Shown here: positions 33,701-46,049 of the stretch, piece after piece
Layout of the letters: every line of letters begins with the position of its first letter
Numbering within the stretch: the stretch's first letter is position 1
Assembly: GCF_000281045.1 (NCBI RefSeq)
Contig: NW_008246079.1
Coordinates: forward strand, 177,283 to 223,598
Length of the DNA: 46,316 nt
DNA from: Saprolegnia diclina VS20
Lineage: Eukaryota
Direction: 5' to 3'
Program-made: the position numbers and the translations under genes
Notes under the pieces: generated by a model
What the model was told of the DNA's origin: nothing
The model's input: the letters and a program-made list of their open reading frames with translations, nothing else
The model's database searches: none

Positions 33701-35597
33701 TGTGGGTTCGAAGCCCGTCGAAGATGCGCTATCGACGACGACAGAGGCATGGTCCGTTATCCTAGGAATCTAGTTTAGAGGACTCGCTTTTTCTGGTTGG
33801 TGGGGACACAGAGACGAGTACTGTATTGTATGTGTGCCATTGACTGAGAAGTCTGAGCGATTTGGCACACGAACTGATCTGCGTTCTCGGGACGAGCAGT
33901 CGAATCTCAGAGATTGAAGCAGCTTTGTTGAGGCAGCCAAACTTTCTGAAATATTTCAGAGCATGTCGCGGTCGTGGCTTCTTTTTCTTGTTGCCGAGAG
34001 ATCGTCGCGGAATCCTCCCTGGTCGGCTGCGCTTCTGCGGTGGTCGTCGTCGGCTCGTTGCTTCTGTAGCGTGCATCGTAGACAGCAGATCTGATCGTGT
34101 GTGTTATCCAAGCCGGCTTTGACTCGACACAGCGATCAGATTGCGATTATTACCAAGGGCGCACTGTATCCTACCCCCGAGGTATCTCCGCACCGCTCCC
34201 TGCACTTTGCACAGTATCAGCCGTGGGAGGCTTGGGCCACGTCGTCGTATTGGTTCTCAATCAGTCCGAGACAAGGGTGCGTTCTGATCGTGGTAGGATC
34301 CCCTGCGCTAAGATGCTATCACTGCTCAGACGCGGCCGACGTGTGCTCGTACGTGGCTGTCTTGTTGGACCATGACTCGGGTGAAAGCTACCTTTCTTTA
34401 CAGCTTGGACGTGGGAGGAAGAAGACTGCGGACAAGATATGGGTGTGCAGAAGAGTGGACGCGCCGATGGCTACTCGCCGGCCATTGCTCGAGCCAACGA
34501 GCGCTGCTGCTACATCGCTCCGCGCCTGATATACAGCTCACCACCACATAATCTCTGCTTGGACTCGAACTATCGATCTGGGCCGACAGACCTCTGGTGT
34601 TCGCAACGTCCCGTCGAGCTGCCACGTGGTATGTGCCAGAGTCTTGGTCCTGGGCAGAAAAAATCCAGTCTGAGTCGGTGGGCGCAAAACGCAAAATACA
34701 AACGGCCCCCACCCCAGGTTGCAGAGAACGCGCAAGTAGCTTGTTGCGCAATATCCCCATCATGAACCTCGCTGGTCCGTCATGGTCCCATGCGGACAGC
34801 GAAGGACTCGAACACATTTCTGGCCGCGCCGTGGGTCTCGAGGCGCTTCGCACTCTACTCTGCTTGGTGACGCTCCTGCCACGGCCGTGTCATTCACAGC
34901 GATCTGATATTGCTGTCTGAGCAACCCAGGTCGTGCGGTGGGGACGGGCCCATCTGCTTTCGCGTCTGTCAGTGCTCGCACCCAGGTAAATGTCCGTAAC
35001 GCACCGACCTGAAGTGGACCATCGCCGGGGTCCGTGGCGCTACGCCGTCGCGTCGTCGTCGCTTGCAAAGTCTATGTCGGCGGCCAGATTCCTCGCCATA
35101 GCCACGGCATGTTGGTGAGCAGCAGACGCGGGCTCAGGGTGGCGCGTCCGAGTAGCCAGGCAGAACACACGTGGTATCTTCCCCAGCTGGTGCGTTCGTC
35201 TTGTTGCAGAGGCCGAATCGGGCCACTGTGCTGCCCGTCTGATCCTCTCGGTGGGATCTGCACGCTGCGACTGAAACTAAGACGTAGTGCTTTGACTACT
35301 CCTGCTTGCAACGACGTACCCAACCGAAGCGGTCCATACTGTCAAGTGGTTCGAGAAACGTGGTTCTTTGGTACTGTGGCTTTGCGGAGTATGAGCAGAT
35401 TCGTCGTGTTTGCTTGACGGCAACTGATGCCCTGCATATCCCACACCCCGTGTGGTCAACGATCTGAGAACGCGGTTGAGAATACATGCCAGTTGGTCGT
35501 CGCAAGAAGCTCACAAGCGCCAGGTGTTTCGGCCGTTTACCCAGCAGCCGACGCGTCGTCATTTCCCCTTTTGCCTTCTCCGGCGACCACTGTTTTC

Positions 35598-36314
35598 ATG
35601 GGCGAGCTCGCGACGTGCCGGTACAGCCACGGCAAGTGCAAGCTGCCGCGCGCCACCAAGAAGAATGGCACGCTCCACACGCTCTGCGAGTACCACCGCA
35701 CCAAGGCCTGCGCGCACCAGAAGAAGCTCGACGCCAAGCGCCGCAACGAAAAGCTCAAGCTCTTTCAAGACGACCCGTCGCTCCGCCCGCAAGGCCGCAA
35801 GCTCATGGGCAAGCCGCTCTCGCCCATGTTGAGTAGCAGCTGGCACGACATCCACGAGACTGAGAACCGCGCACCGTTGCCGACGCGCCAGTTCAACTGG
35901 GACCACCACCCGTCGCCGCCGCCGCTCTCGCCGTCGTTCCTCAAGCCGCTGCCGGCGACGACGCACTACCAGCCGTCGGCGCAGGTGGCGCAGCACCAGC
36001 ACCACTACGTGCAGGCGTACCCGACGTACGACCCGTCGCCGCGCGACGTCTACCATGGCAACGAGTACGACGACGGACGCTACAAGTTTGCGCCGCCCAC
36101 CTACCGCCAGGCACCAACGAGCAAGGCTGAGAACAGCTACCACGCCTTCAACGGGCGGCGAGAGTACTATGCGCCGTCGCACGCGCAGTACAGTGAGCCG
36201 TTGCGGGCCGACCTCCTCTCGCCACGGGCGGCGTACGACTACTACGAGCCAAGCCACGAGGCCGAGCCGGCGTACGCGCGCTGGGGCAGCCAGCCCGTGG
36301 CGTACCATTCGTAA
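35598..36314 (+). CDS. Uncharacterised protein with a C-x6-C-x15-C-x2-H putative zinc finger (paralogue of 17104-17646)
   Basis: MGELATCRYSHGKCKLPRATKKNGTLHTLCEYHRTKACAHQKKLDAKRR followed by a Pro/Tyr/His-rich tail. Inr-like GTCATTTCC lies near 35558. Confidence 0.8.
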   Translation: MGELATCRYSHGKCKLPRATKKNGTLHTLCEYHRTKACAHQKKLDAKRRNEKLKLFQDDPSLRPQGRKLMGKPLSPMLSSSWHDIHETENRAPLPTRQFNWDHHPSPPPLSPSFLKPLPATTHYQPSAQVAQHQHHYVQAYPTYDPSPRDVYHGNEYDDGRYKFAPPTYRQAPTSKAENSYHAFNGRREYYAPSHAQYSEPLRADLLSPRAAYDYYEPSHEAEPAYARWGSQPVAYHS

Positions 36315-37091
36315 AGCGCAGTGTCGTCCATGTCGTCGTCCATGTCGTCGCCGTGCCTGTACCATACCGCCTCGTGTTGTCGCCGTTATTATTTTGCTGA
36401 ATTGTCTTTTTTAAACGCCCTTGCATCGTTCTTTTATTTGTGAATCGTTCTTTTTTACTACCAGGACCGTCTTTTATTCCTTTCGGTGTGAAATGTGTCG
36501 TATCGTCCACCTCTCGTCGTGCAATCCTTCGTGGCCGGCGGCTGCGGAGAAGGAAGACGCACACCCATGCGGCATTGTTGAAGTGCATTTTTGAACCTAC
36601 CACCTGAAAAATCTCGGTTGACGCACTCGCTGAGCTATAGCAATCGTCCATCGCAGCGATTTGGGGAAAAGACGTTGAGGATGCCACGTGGCCAAACCCA
36701 CAGCTGCGAGCTCGACGACCTGTTCGGACACTATGCGAACGATGGAGCGGTCGGGACCAAAGCAGACGATCGACGACCCTGTGGTGCGAAGGATAGGGAC
36801 GCATTCGGTCTTGATGTTGATGTTCTCAGGCTTGCCACCTGGCTGTCGTCGAAGATGCAACGAGTCGTGCTGCCACGTGGCCGCCTTTTGCCGTTTCGTG
36901 ATTGGTGCCATCTGAGTCAACAGCGCCTCGCTCGTGCTGCCACGAGGGGGGTGGGTGCAAAAATGAAAAATCACATCGCGCGCTTCAATGTCGGTGGCGC
37001 ATTCAAGGGGCTCCGCAAATTCAACAAGTAGCCAGAAAGGAGATATCTACGATACACAACTTACTCTACACATAGTACAGTCCTGACTGAG

Positions 37092-38366
37092 TCAGGACGT
37101 CGACGTGAGCGCGAGGCGTTCGTTCCACACGTGGCGCTCGAGCGGTGACACATCTGTCTTGGTCTCGGCGCGCCGCTTGCGCTTCGCATCCGAGAGTCGC
37201 CCGTACAAGACAGGTACGATCGCACTCTCTTCGTCGAGACACGGCACGGGCGACGCGGTCGCGGCGACAGGCATGGGCGCGTTCGGCTTGGCCATCTCGG
37301 CGCAGGCCACGCAAATGCGCGCCTCCGAGCCGCCGAGGCGCCATACGTGGTGGCAGGCGCGGCAGACAGCGTGGCCACACATGCGACACCGGAATTGCTT
37401 GGCCGACTGAAAGAGGTTTTTGCGGAACGGCCGCGTACACCGTCGGCACGCGACCGCCTTGGGCTGTGCGCGGACTATGGACAATGGCACGAGCTGGACA
37501 GCGCAGAGCTGCTCGGCGCGAAAGTGGGTATCGAGCTCGCACGCTTGGAGCAAGAGCGAGAGCATCACCGAGATCTACGCATGGCGTGACGTATGAACGG
37601 GCGTGCGCTCGCACCTGAATGTCCTTGGGTACATTGCCTTTCAGCTGCAAGACGAGCACGTGGTAGGCGTCGAGCGCCCCGACCTCGTCGCTCGATGCTT
37701 CGATAAAGACTTGGCCGGAGCGCAGAAAGTGGCCGCGCGTGAGACCGTACGCCGCGCTGAGCGGCGGACAGCACGCTGCGTCGACCGAGTGCACGCTTCG
37801 GACAAAGCCGCGTTGCCGTGCCGGTCCATCGAGGAATTCATCGTGGCACTAAGGATGCAGCTGGTTACAAGCCGGGCAAGATGCACAGGGCGCACCTCGA
37901 GATAGCAAAAGTCGCGATTCGCAATGACGGGCGGTGTGCGCAGCGCCATCCACTGCAAGTACACAGCATGCAACGGCGCTTCGGCGACCTCTCGCCGTGC
38001 GACGAGTTCGTACAGGCGGACGCGGTCCAGCACATCGCTGGCCAAGACCGGGTTCTTGCTCGTGCTGGACGTTGCAAAGTTGGCATAGACGTCCGCAACA
38101 GCGTCGATCGAGGCGTTGACGAGCGTGTGGGCGCTCATGCAGATCTCGTTGGGGTTCTGGAGGTCGGCGCCAAGGCGCACCGTGAGACGCCGCTGCGTCT
38201 GCGGGTGCGTGAACGTCTGGTACACGGGCGCCGCGCCGGCGAGCGCCTTGGCGTTGAGGATCGTGTCGCGGCAGGCGTCGCGCGCGTCTGCTATCAGCGA
38301 GACGCGCTCATGCGTCTCCAGCGGCGGGCAGTGGAAGAAGGACGGCGGTAGCGGCAGGTGGGGCAT
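37092..38366 (-). CDS. START-like domain plus FYVE-type zinc finger protein, copy A (2 introns)
   Basis: N-terminal LPLPPSFFHCPPL, RDFCYLE|CHDEF, RGFVRSVHSV, then CRRC...CRMCG..VCRAC...RICVAC. Confidence 0.85.
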
Positions 38367-39272
38367 CGACGGCGAGGGCCAGTCGGACAACTGGCTCTAC
38401 CATCGCTGCCAGCAAATGGCAAATATCGTTACAATGCATAGATCCAGTGTATGGATTCTTGGAGGTTTTCCGTGATAACCATGCCGATGACGACCTCTGG
38501 ACCGTTGAGCAGCATTGCCCCGTGGTGCATGACGGTAAAGCCCACGTAAGCTTTCTAGCATACCCCTCAACCTTAGTTCAGAAAGGTCACATGTAACCTG
38601 ACCCAGCAACCGACCAACGCCCTTCAACTTCGACTCGCACCACCGGTGGCATTTGCGGTTCAAGCGCCACCGAGCACCGTTGGACTTGACGGCAACGAGG
38701 TGGCCATGGACGCGCAGTGTTGCATTTAATGGGTCCCTCCTGTACGTCGTACTCCAATTCTCTGGGGTCCTACCTCCATAGACCCACGAGAACAAAAAAA
38801 GGGTTGCTACGGAGCACGGTCTGTCCTCGGTGGGACGACGGAGGCGAAAAGCCGCGTCAGATTCGTCGCGCGCGGCTGCGCACGTCTTGATCGCTTGGTC
38901 GTTCGTGCTGAAGCCACGAATGGCGCGGTATCCGTAAGCGCCGTTGCCACGCTGTCGACTGTCGCAGCCGCTGAATCAGGTTCCGTGGCCGTCCAGAGTC
39001 AGACACGAGTTTACCCAAGAGGTCCAAGAGGTCCAAGAGGTCTGGTGTACCGTCCGTCGAATACACAGGTGCAGCGTTGACGCATCACCACCCGTTCTCA
39101 GATGCCGCCCACGTACGACCCACCTCGTCGTCGACTGCGAATCTGGTTTTGTGGTCGCTCGCGCTTTGCTATCGCGATCAACCCAAAGTATTACTCTTCC
39201 TACGTGGGTGGTCCCGCTGGCATGCCCTTCCACAGCGTCTGACAATGCACACAAGCAATCCACATTTGATTC

Positions 39273-40415
39273 TCAGGCTCGCTGCTGCTGATCCTCGTCA
39301 ATGTCGCTCAAGAGGGGCATCTCTGGCACCAGCGTCATGCGCCGTGGCGTCCGTGTCGTCATGTCCAAGCGGCTCCCGGTAAGGCTCGAGAGCGTCGGCA
39401 GTAGCCGACTCGAGTTCTCGGGGCTCCCTGGCGCTATAGGCTTGGGACCGACACCCAGCGGGCCTTTGGTCACCGCAGCTTGGACGCAGTCGTCGCAGAT
39501 GCGGACGCGGATCGGGCGGGCCCCCGGGCTCGGCAGTAGCATCCACTTGGCCGAGCACCCAAAACACACGACGCGCCCGTCGAGCTCACAGTGTGTCTTT
39601 GGTCGAAGCGGGTGGAACCGACGTTGACACACGGCGCAGCGCTTGGCAGTCGCTTTCGGCTCGACCCAGCGCGGGCTGTAGCTCGGGGACCGGCGCCAAT
39701 TCGCGAGGGCCACCGCCGCTTTGGTCAAACGCTGTCGCTGGAAGTAGCCGATCAAGCCCATGAGCGACGTGATCTGGCAGCGCACGAGCGCGAGGTTTGA
39801 ATCAGTGGCCGGGAGCAGCACGATCGCATGGGCGTCGACCGTTGCGCCGCAGTGCGCTTTCGACGGCGGCGGCTCCAAAAAGATATGGCCGACCCGAAGG
39901 TACGCCCCTCGGTGGAAGCCGCGCCGAGGCGGGCACAAGTTGTGCGGCAGCTCGACAGCGTACACAACGCGGAGCAAGCCACGCTGGGCACTCGCGCCCG
40001 TGAAGCCGAGCTGGGTCTCGACGACGCAGTAGTCGGTGGCGCCGATGCCAAGCCATGCGACCACCGTTGACTGCCACGGCTTGTCCCGCGTCGGACCCGC
40101 AAGCCGCGCAAGCTGTTCGTACTGCACAGCGTCGGGGCTCAAGTAGCCACCTTTGCTCGTAGGTAGGTGCATGGCAATCTCGTCGAGGGACGCAGCGAGC
40201 GAAGTGCGCCCGAGCATCGCGCTGAGGTCTGCGTCGATGGTGTCGAGGCCGCGACGAAGCTCCATGCGGCGGAGGCACGTCGGGTCGAGGTGCTTGGCGT
40301 ACAGCGGCGCGGCTTGAAGCGCGCTGAGGTTGGCGAGGACAGCGTGGCAGACACCGAGCGCGTCGCGCTTGAGCTCGCGCACGACGTGGCCAGGCAGCAC
40401 GTCGTCGGCGGGCAT
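39273..40415 (-). CDS. Divergent START-like plus FYVE-type protein, copy B (apparently intronless)
   Basis: Continuous ORF with ASLDEIA, DYCVVE, RG.YLRVGHIFLE, then CAVCQRRF...HCELDG.VVCFGC...VRICDDC. Confidence 0.75.
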   Translation of the reverse strand: MPADDVLPGHVVRELKRDALGVCHAVLANLSALQAAPLYAKHLDPTCLRRMELRRGLDTIDADLSAMLGRTSLAASLDEIAMHLPTSKGGYLSPDAVQYEQLARLAGPTRDKPWQSTVVAWLGIGATDYCVVETQLGFTGASAQRGLLRVVYAVELPHNLCPPRRGFHRGAYLRVGHIFLEPPPSKAHCGATVDAHAIVLLPATDSNLALVRCQITSLMGLIGYFQRQRLTKAAVALANWRRSPSYSPRWVEPKATAKRCAVCQRRFHPLRPKTHCELDGRVVCFGCSAKWMLLPSPGARPIRVRICDDCVQAAVTKGPLGVGPKPIAPGSPENSSRLLPTLSSLTGSRLDMTTRTPRRMTLVPEMPLLSDIDEDQQQRA

Positions 40416-40717
40416 CGTAAAAATGGTGCAAGTTACGGCATTACTTCGTACGTCCAACGCTTGACGAGAGTGGGATACCACTGATATACGTACCCGCATC
40501 GATCGACACCCCGTGGCCATATTGCCTTTTGGCCATATTGCCTTTGGCACCTTGCCCTTTTTCGTTGAATAGATATAGATCTTATTCCATCTTATGCATG
40601 CCAGAAGAGGCTCGCGCCCAAGATGACACAGTACGCAGATAAACATGCATCGATGATGATGCTAAACTAGATGAAAATACCACACCAGGGTCGGTGTGGT
40701 GCAATAGCGACTTAACG

Positions 40718-42845
40718 TTAGCGGTACTGGTACGGCGACGGCTCGTAGCTGTGGTCCTGCACGTGCAGGCGGGCCATCGCGTGGTCGAGCCCCGTGCTGC
40801 TGTTGTTGCTCGGCGGCCGGCCATAGTAGGCAGGCGGCGCCTCAAAACTCGGCGGCTGCGAATACGACGGCGGCTCTGGCGCGTATCCCTGGGGTGGCGG
40901 GTACGCATAGTTGGTTGACGCGACCGACGAGCCCGAGCCTTGCTTCTTAAAGTGCGTCGACCACGCGCGGTCGAGCGTGTCGAATGAGACGTCCGACTCG
41001 CCAAAGTTGTCGGCCGTAAAGAGGTCCGTCCGATTGTCAACGTCCCAGCCGCTCCCGAGTCGGATCGAGCGCACGCTCTCCATGAATTCACCTACATTGT
41101 GCACATAACGGCATGTCGCGATACAAGATTTGGAGGGTGGTGTACTCTGGTTGTCGTCTTGGCGCCGGGCACGCATCCGGTTTTGCAACTCGGGCATCTC
41201 AAAGTCGACGCTCGATGCGGACGAGACGTTGCGCTGCTGGAAGCTACTGTACGCGGCCACATTGGCAGGCGCATGGTGGTTGTTTTGCGCCAGCCGCTCG
41301 AACGGATTCGTCTCGTACATGCTCTCGTAGTCGCTCTGGAGGTCACCATACGCCGACGGCGCCTTGTCGTAGTGGTAGCTGCTCTGTGTGTCGGTCGCGG
41401 GCTGGTACCGCGGCACTTGGTGCAGAGTACCCACGGGCACGAGCGACTGGGACGGCGGCTGCGAGGACACCGAGTGCGACAAGGTCGACTTGGCGTAGCC
41501 CGTGGTTACGTGCGGCAGCGACGACGTTGACGACGGGCGCGACCGGCCGTGGATCTCGTCGCCAGCCATCGAGAACGACGATGCCACCGACGACTGCCGG
41601 TGCTGCGACTGGTGATGCGACTGGTGGTGCGACGTTGCACGTCCTGGCGGTGCATACGCCGGGCTACATCGCACTGAGCTTCCTCCATCAAAAGAGGAAT
41701 ACGTACTCGGGCGTGAACTGGTCGTTGGAGAGGCGGTCGTCGCCGGCGTCCGACTCGTTGCGACAGAGGTTCGAGCACATGGTGCAGATGCGCACGCGCT
41801 TCTCACCCGAGTAGGGCAGGAAGAGGTCCCTACACAGCAATATGCACGCTGCTCGATTGTGTTGGTACTACCAGTGGCTGCTGCAGTGCTTGCAGACGAC
41901 TTGTCCGCACTTGCGGCAGCGAAATTTGCGCGTAAAGAGCAGGTCAAACTTGCGGGCGCACCAGTGGCAATTGGAGACGTGCTTCTTCGAGGGCAAGTCG
42001 ATGTCGCCAAGGATGCGTCCGGCACTGAGCTTCTTCATTTGGAAATGCTTGTCAATGCGCGAGATGCTCTGAACCCGCTGGCGAAGCGTCTGGCGCTTGA
42101 TCCACGGCGGCACGCGGCCCTTGAAGTTCACTTGGAGAATGTGCGTCACGTCCAAAAACCCCGGCTTGTCCGTCTCGACAAACACAAAGCCGGACCGGTA
42201 GTAGCTACCGCGGACGTACCCGAGCGTCTTCTCGAGCGAGACGCACGACGGGATGTTGATCGAATGCATGCAGCGCACCCAGCCCTGCTTGCCCGTGCGT
42301 GTGTCGACAAACTCATCTTGGCACTATCCGATCTTATTTGAGAGGCGAGGGTAGAGAGGAGGACGTACCTCGAGGTAGCAAAAATCGCGGTTCCGGACAA
42401 GCGGCGACGTCGACTCGACAGCCGCCCAGCGCACGCCAATGTAGTGCATGGGGTTGTCGGGCGTCTGCGTCGCGAGGTCGTAGATCGAGAGCATGTCGAT
42501 GAGATCTGGCTCGAAGACGCGCGAGTACTCGGCGAGCTTCTCTTCCGAGGCAATGTTGAAGATGTCGGCGACCTCGGCGAGGCTGGCCTTGATTGTGTTG
42601 ACGCCGCACACGTACGTTAGGTCGTCATTGCCGCCAAACTCTTCGCCCTGGAAGATTTGGACGCCAGCTTTCGTCTCCATGAGCCGCCACTTGACCGTGC
42701 CGCCGTTCTCTTGCGCGTAGAAGATGACCTCCATGCACATCTCCTTGGCGAGGTTCACGAGGAACTCGGTCTCTTGGCGCGTCAAGTCTGGACGGTTGAA
42801 GAACTCCTTGGGGAGCGCGGCCCCGGACGCGCTGGACCCTCGCAT
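40718..42845 (-). CDS. START-like plus FYVE-type protein, copy C, with a long Ser/Pro/Tyr-rich tail (3-4 introns)
   Basis: LPKEFFNRPDL, RNRDFCYLE|CQDEF (intron 42368-42324), VRGSYYRSGFVF, CHWC...CRKCGQVVCKHC...VRICTMC. Confidence 0.87.
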
Positions 42846-44726
42846 GCTGCTGCTGGTCGGTAAGTAATCGCAAACTGCACCGGTACGGCCAACTCCTCTC
42901 TCGCCGCGATGCCATTGGCCAAAATCATGTTAACAGGCGTATTTTGATTGGGTGAAATAACGGCAGGTCGCTTGGGATTGGACGCGCGACTTCAATTTCC
43001 GCAACAGGCAAACTGGATCGCGACTTCAGGCAGCTCCCGAGGTTCAAATTGACGGGATTCGAAATGACAATCGTGTACACACAGGGCGACGCCGTGTTCT
43101 ACTATAGTAGTAGCAGGACGAGCGACCAACGCTGTGAATCGGTGGTGTAAAGGGCCTGCGACCGCTGGGTTCTAGCAGCGTGAACCCGGATGCGCGTTGT
43201 GTGTGTTTGTGAGACGCGGGCTGTCTACACGCGTGACGCGTGACGCGCGCGGCGTCAGCGGGTGTTTGGTTGTCTTTGGTTTGGTCGTTTTTTGGACTTT
43301 GATCTTATAATAGTATTACATGCAATCGTTCAACTCATTTGTCTTCCAGAAGCCTCTCCAATGCAGTAGCGGTATCGGACTGTTCCGCGAGTAGGGCAAA
43401 TCCGAGGCGTAGCGCGCCAGACAGTTGTTTGTTTGTGAGGTTATCCGCAACCAGATCTGTACTATGATGTAATCACCACCCCTGTCTGGTCGTCAACCAA
43501 CGACTCGTCATTGCGCTTTAAACTTTGTGTGTGGTCGTGGTGTCGACGCACCGACGCCGATCGTAGAGGACTTGAAAACTCTTGTGTGGGGTCAGGAGCA
43601 GAGGATATGTATAGAAGTCTCTAGCCGTGCTCATTTGGTATATGATCAGAGCAGTTGAGCTCTACCGTTCTGCTGCATCCTGGAAGCAACGTCCCTGAAC
43701 ACGTCGAGCGTTATCGCTGTAGGTTGATGTCCCTACGTAGTAGCGCACCACCCGCGTTCGCTCTCAGACGCTGTAACCCATGGTCGCCCTTGCTGTTTGT
43801 TGCCGTCACCCCATGTTGGTGGTATCTTTGGCAGTACACTGTTTGCAACAGCAATGAAACAGTGTTTTGAATCCCGGGCCACGAAGACGCCACGTCATGA
43901 CTTGTGTATCTACCGACCGCCTTGGTCCAGCGACCATTGGGATCTTATTGTAGTCAACACCTTGAGCGCCCATACGAACAGTCTTCATGTCGTGTGCCCT
44001 TCAGTTAGTCTGCAGTTAGTCGAGAGACGCCACGGCGCCTCCCGCCACGCTGTTTGTATGGCGGCCCACCTCAGTCGTTCAACGTGTTATCTCAAGTGCG
44101 AGGACCTCCGTTCGTGTCGCCTTGCTCGGTCACAACACTCGAGCGCTGCGGCTGGGCGACGACGCACTCCAGTTGACTTCGCAAGCCATGACCAGTGATT
44201 TGCCAATCATGTTGACAGGACGATGGGGCTCCGCTGCGATGCTGCGAGAAGCACAGGCTAAACCTATTTACCGTGTTTAAACCAGTCGACTCCATTTTGC
44301 GTGTACCAGAATGTATCGACCACGCTCGGGGGCATGTCAGCCGGGACAACACTTGCAGGGAGATGACTCCATGTACGCTAAATTGGCATAAACTCCTCCT
44401 TGCGAGTGCTGAGTGCTGCTGGCGCTTTGAGGCCTTGATGCAGTGATGAGCCTTGCCCAATGTGTGCTCTGGCGACAACTGCAGGCTCTGCACCATGAGG
44501 AGCAAGGTGAACGTGAATCGCTATTAAACGTATATACATCGTACGGTCATTTGGACGCATCCAGTCGCCCACCTCGGAGTGCCAGCTAGGAGAACGTGCG
44601 TGGTACCTGTGGCACGACTAAAACGCATTTCACGTCAAACACGTTTATACAGTATAACACTATTTGGGTCGGATGACTCGAGTTCGAATGTTTCGCAAAC
44701 AGCTGCGCATTAGATCACAAGCTGCC

Positions 44727-45783
44727 ATGGCCTCCAACAAGGCCTTCGTCGAGGCGTCGGTACGTCAGGATAGCCGCGGCTGCGCATGGAGGGCCTCACG
44801 CCCATGGCTTAGGCCGGCTCCGTTGGTGCGCTCTTCGCTTGCCTCGCGCTCTTCCCGCTGGACGTGGCCAAGACCAAGCACCAGGCGTCGGTCAAGTCGA
44901 CCGAGGTTCGTCGCCGTCGCTACCTACGAGCCGGCTCAATGCGTTCGCTGTATAGGAAACAAGCGATGACAAGACAAAGACGCGCAAGGAAGATACGTTG
45001 AGCATCTGCAAGACGATCTGGGACACGGAAGGCGTCGCAGGCCTCTTCGCTGGGCTTGGGCCGAAGGCCATCCACACGGTACTACGATACACCACGGGAC
45101 GCATCTTCATGGCGTCTGTATAGGTGCTCTCCAACTTTTGCTACTTTTACTGGTACGCGTGGCTCAAGTCGTTCTACGAGAAGAAGGTCGGGTCGCTCTC
45201 GACGGCCGCCAACTTGGCGATCGGTGCGCTCGCCGGCGCGATCAACATGAGCATGACGCTGCCGTGGGAGGTCATCTCGACGTACATCCAGACGTCCGGG
45301 AACCCGAACCAGAGCCAATGGGACGTGCTCCAGGCCTTGTACAAGCAGGATGGTGTCTTTGCGCTCTGGAAGGGCTACATCCCGTCGCTTGTGCTCGTGT
45401 CCAACCCCGCGATCAACTATACGATTTTCGACCGGCTCAAGCTCCAGCTCGTCTCGGCGTCCACGTCGCTGAGCGCGCTTCAAGCGTTCGTGCTCGCGGC
45501 CATCGCCAAGTCGATTGCCACCGTTATGACGTACCCGATCATCCGCGCCAAGGTTATCATGCAGGCCAAGTCGACCGACGAGGACGACAAGAAGAGCAGC
45601 ATGACGGACATTCTGCAGCGCATTTGGGCGACGGACGGTCTCCACGGTTTCTTCAAGGGCTGCGAGGCGCAGCTCTTCAACACAGTGCTCAAGAGCGCGC
45701 TCTTGCTCATGACCAAGGAGCAGATTACGTTTCTGACTCTCAAGCTGCTCGGTGGCGCGACCAAGTCGACAGCGACGCGCTAA
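44727..45783 (+). CDS. Mitochondrial carrier family protein, peroxisomal adenine-nucleotide/CoA carrier type (PMP34/SLC25A17/Ant1-like), 3 introns
   Basis: Three carrier repeats (FPLDVAKTK, LPWEVIS, YPIIRAK), plus SNFCYFYWY and LVSNPAINYTIFD.LK, typical of the peroxisomal subfamily. Confidence 0.85.
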
Positions 45784-46049
45784 GCCAGGCCCGATGCTAC
45801 TATGTACAGGGCCGTTGTGAAGCTATAAAGAACAGACTTTGACCGGAACTCCTCTGTTTTTTTCGATCGTAAAAAGTACAGCTGTGAACCCGGCGACACG
45901 GTCGGGACGTGGCAAAGTTTCAGGGTGAAATGACGTGGCGGTCGCCCCGCGCTTGACCCGGAAACGGCTTCGCCATGGTATTGCTGGCGCACTGACACAC
46001 TCAAAGTACTCTGAGTGCATGAAGTTGGGAGTAGTAGCGTAAATGTGAT

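Noticed and set aside
36591..37031. Overlapping 146-aa and 125-aa ORFs between the C3H gene and START-FYVE A
   Set aside because: No recognisable domain and atypical codon usage.
42900..44700. Possible ncRNA or tRNA in the long divergent intergenic region
   Set aside because: No cloverleaf, A/B boxes or convincing snoRNA boxes were seen.
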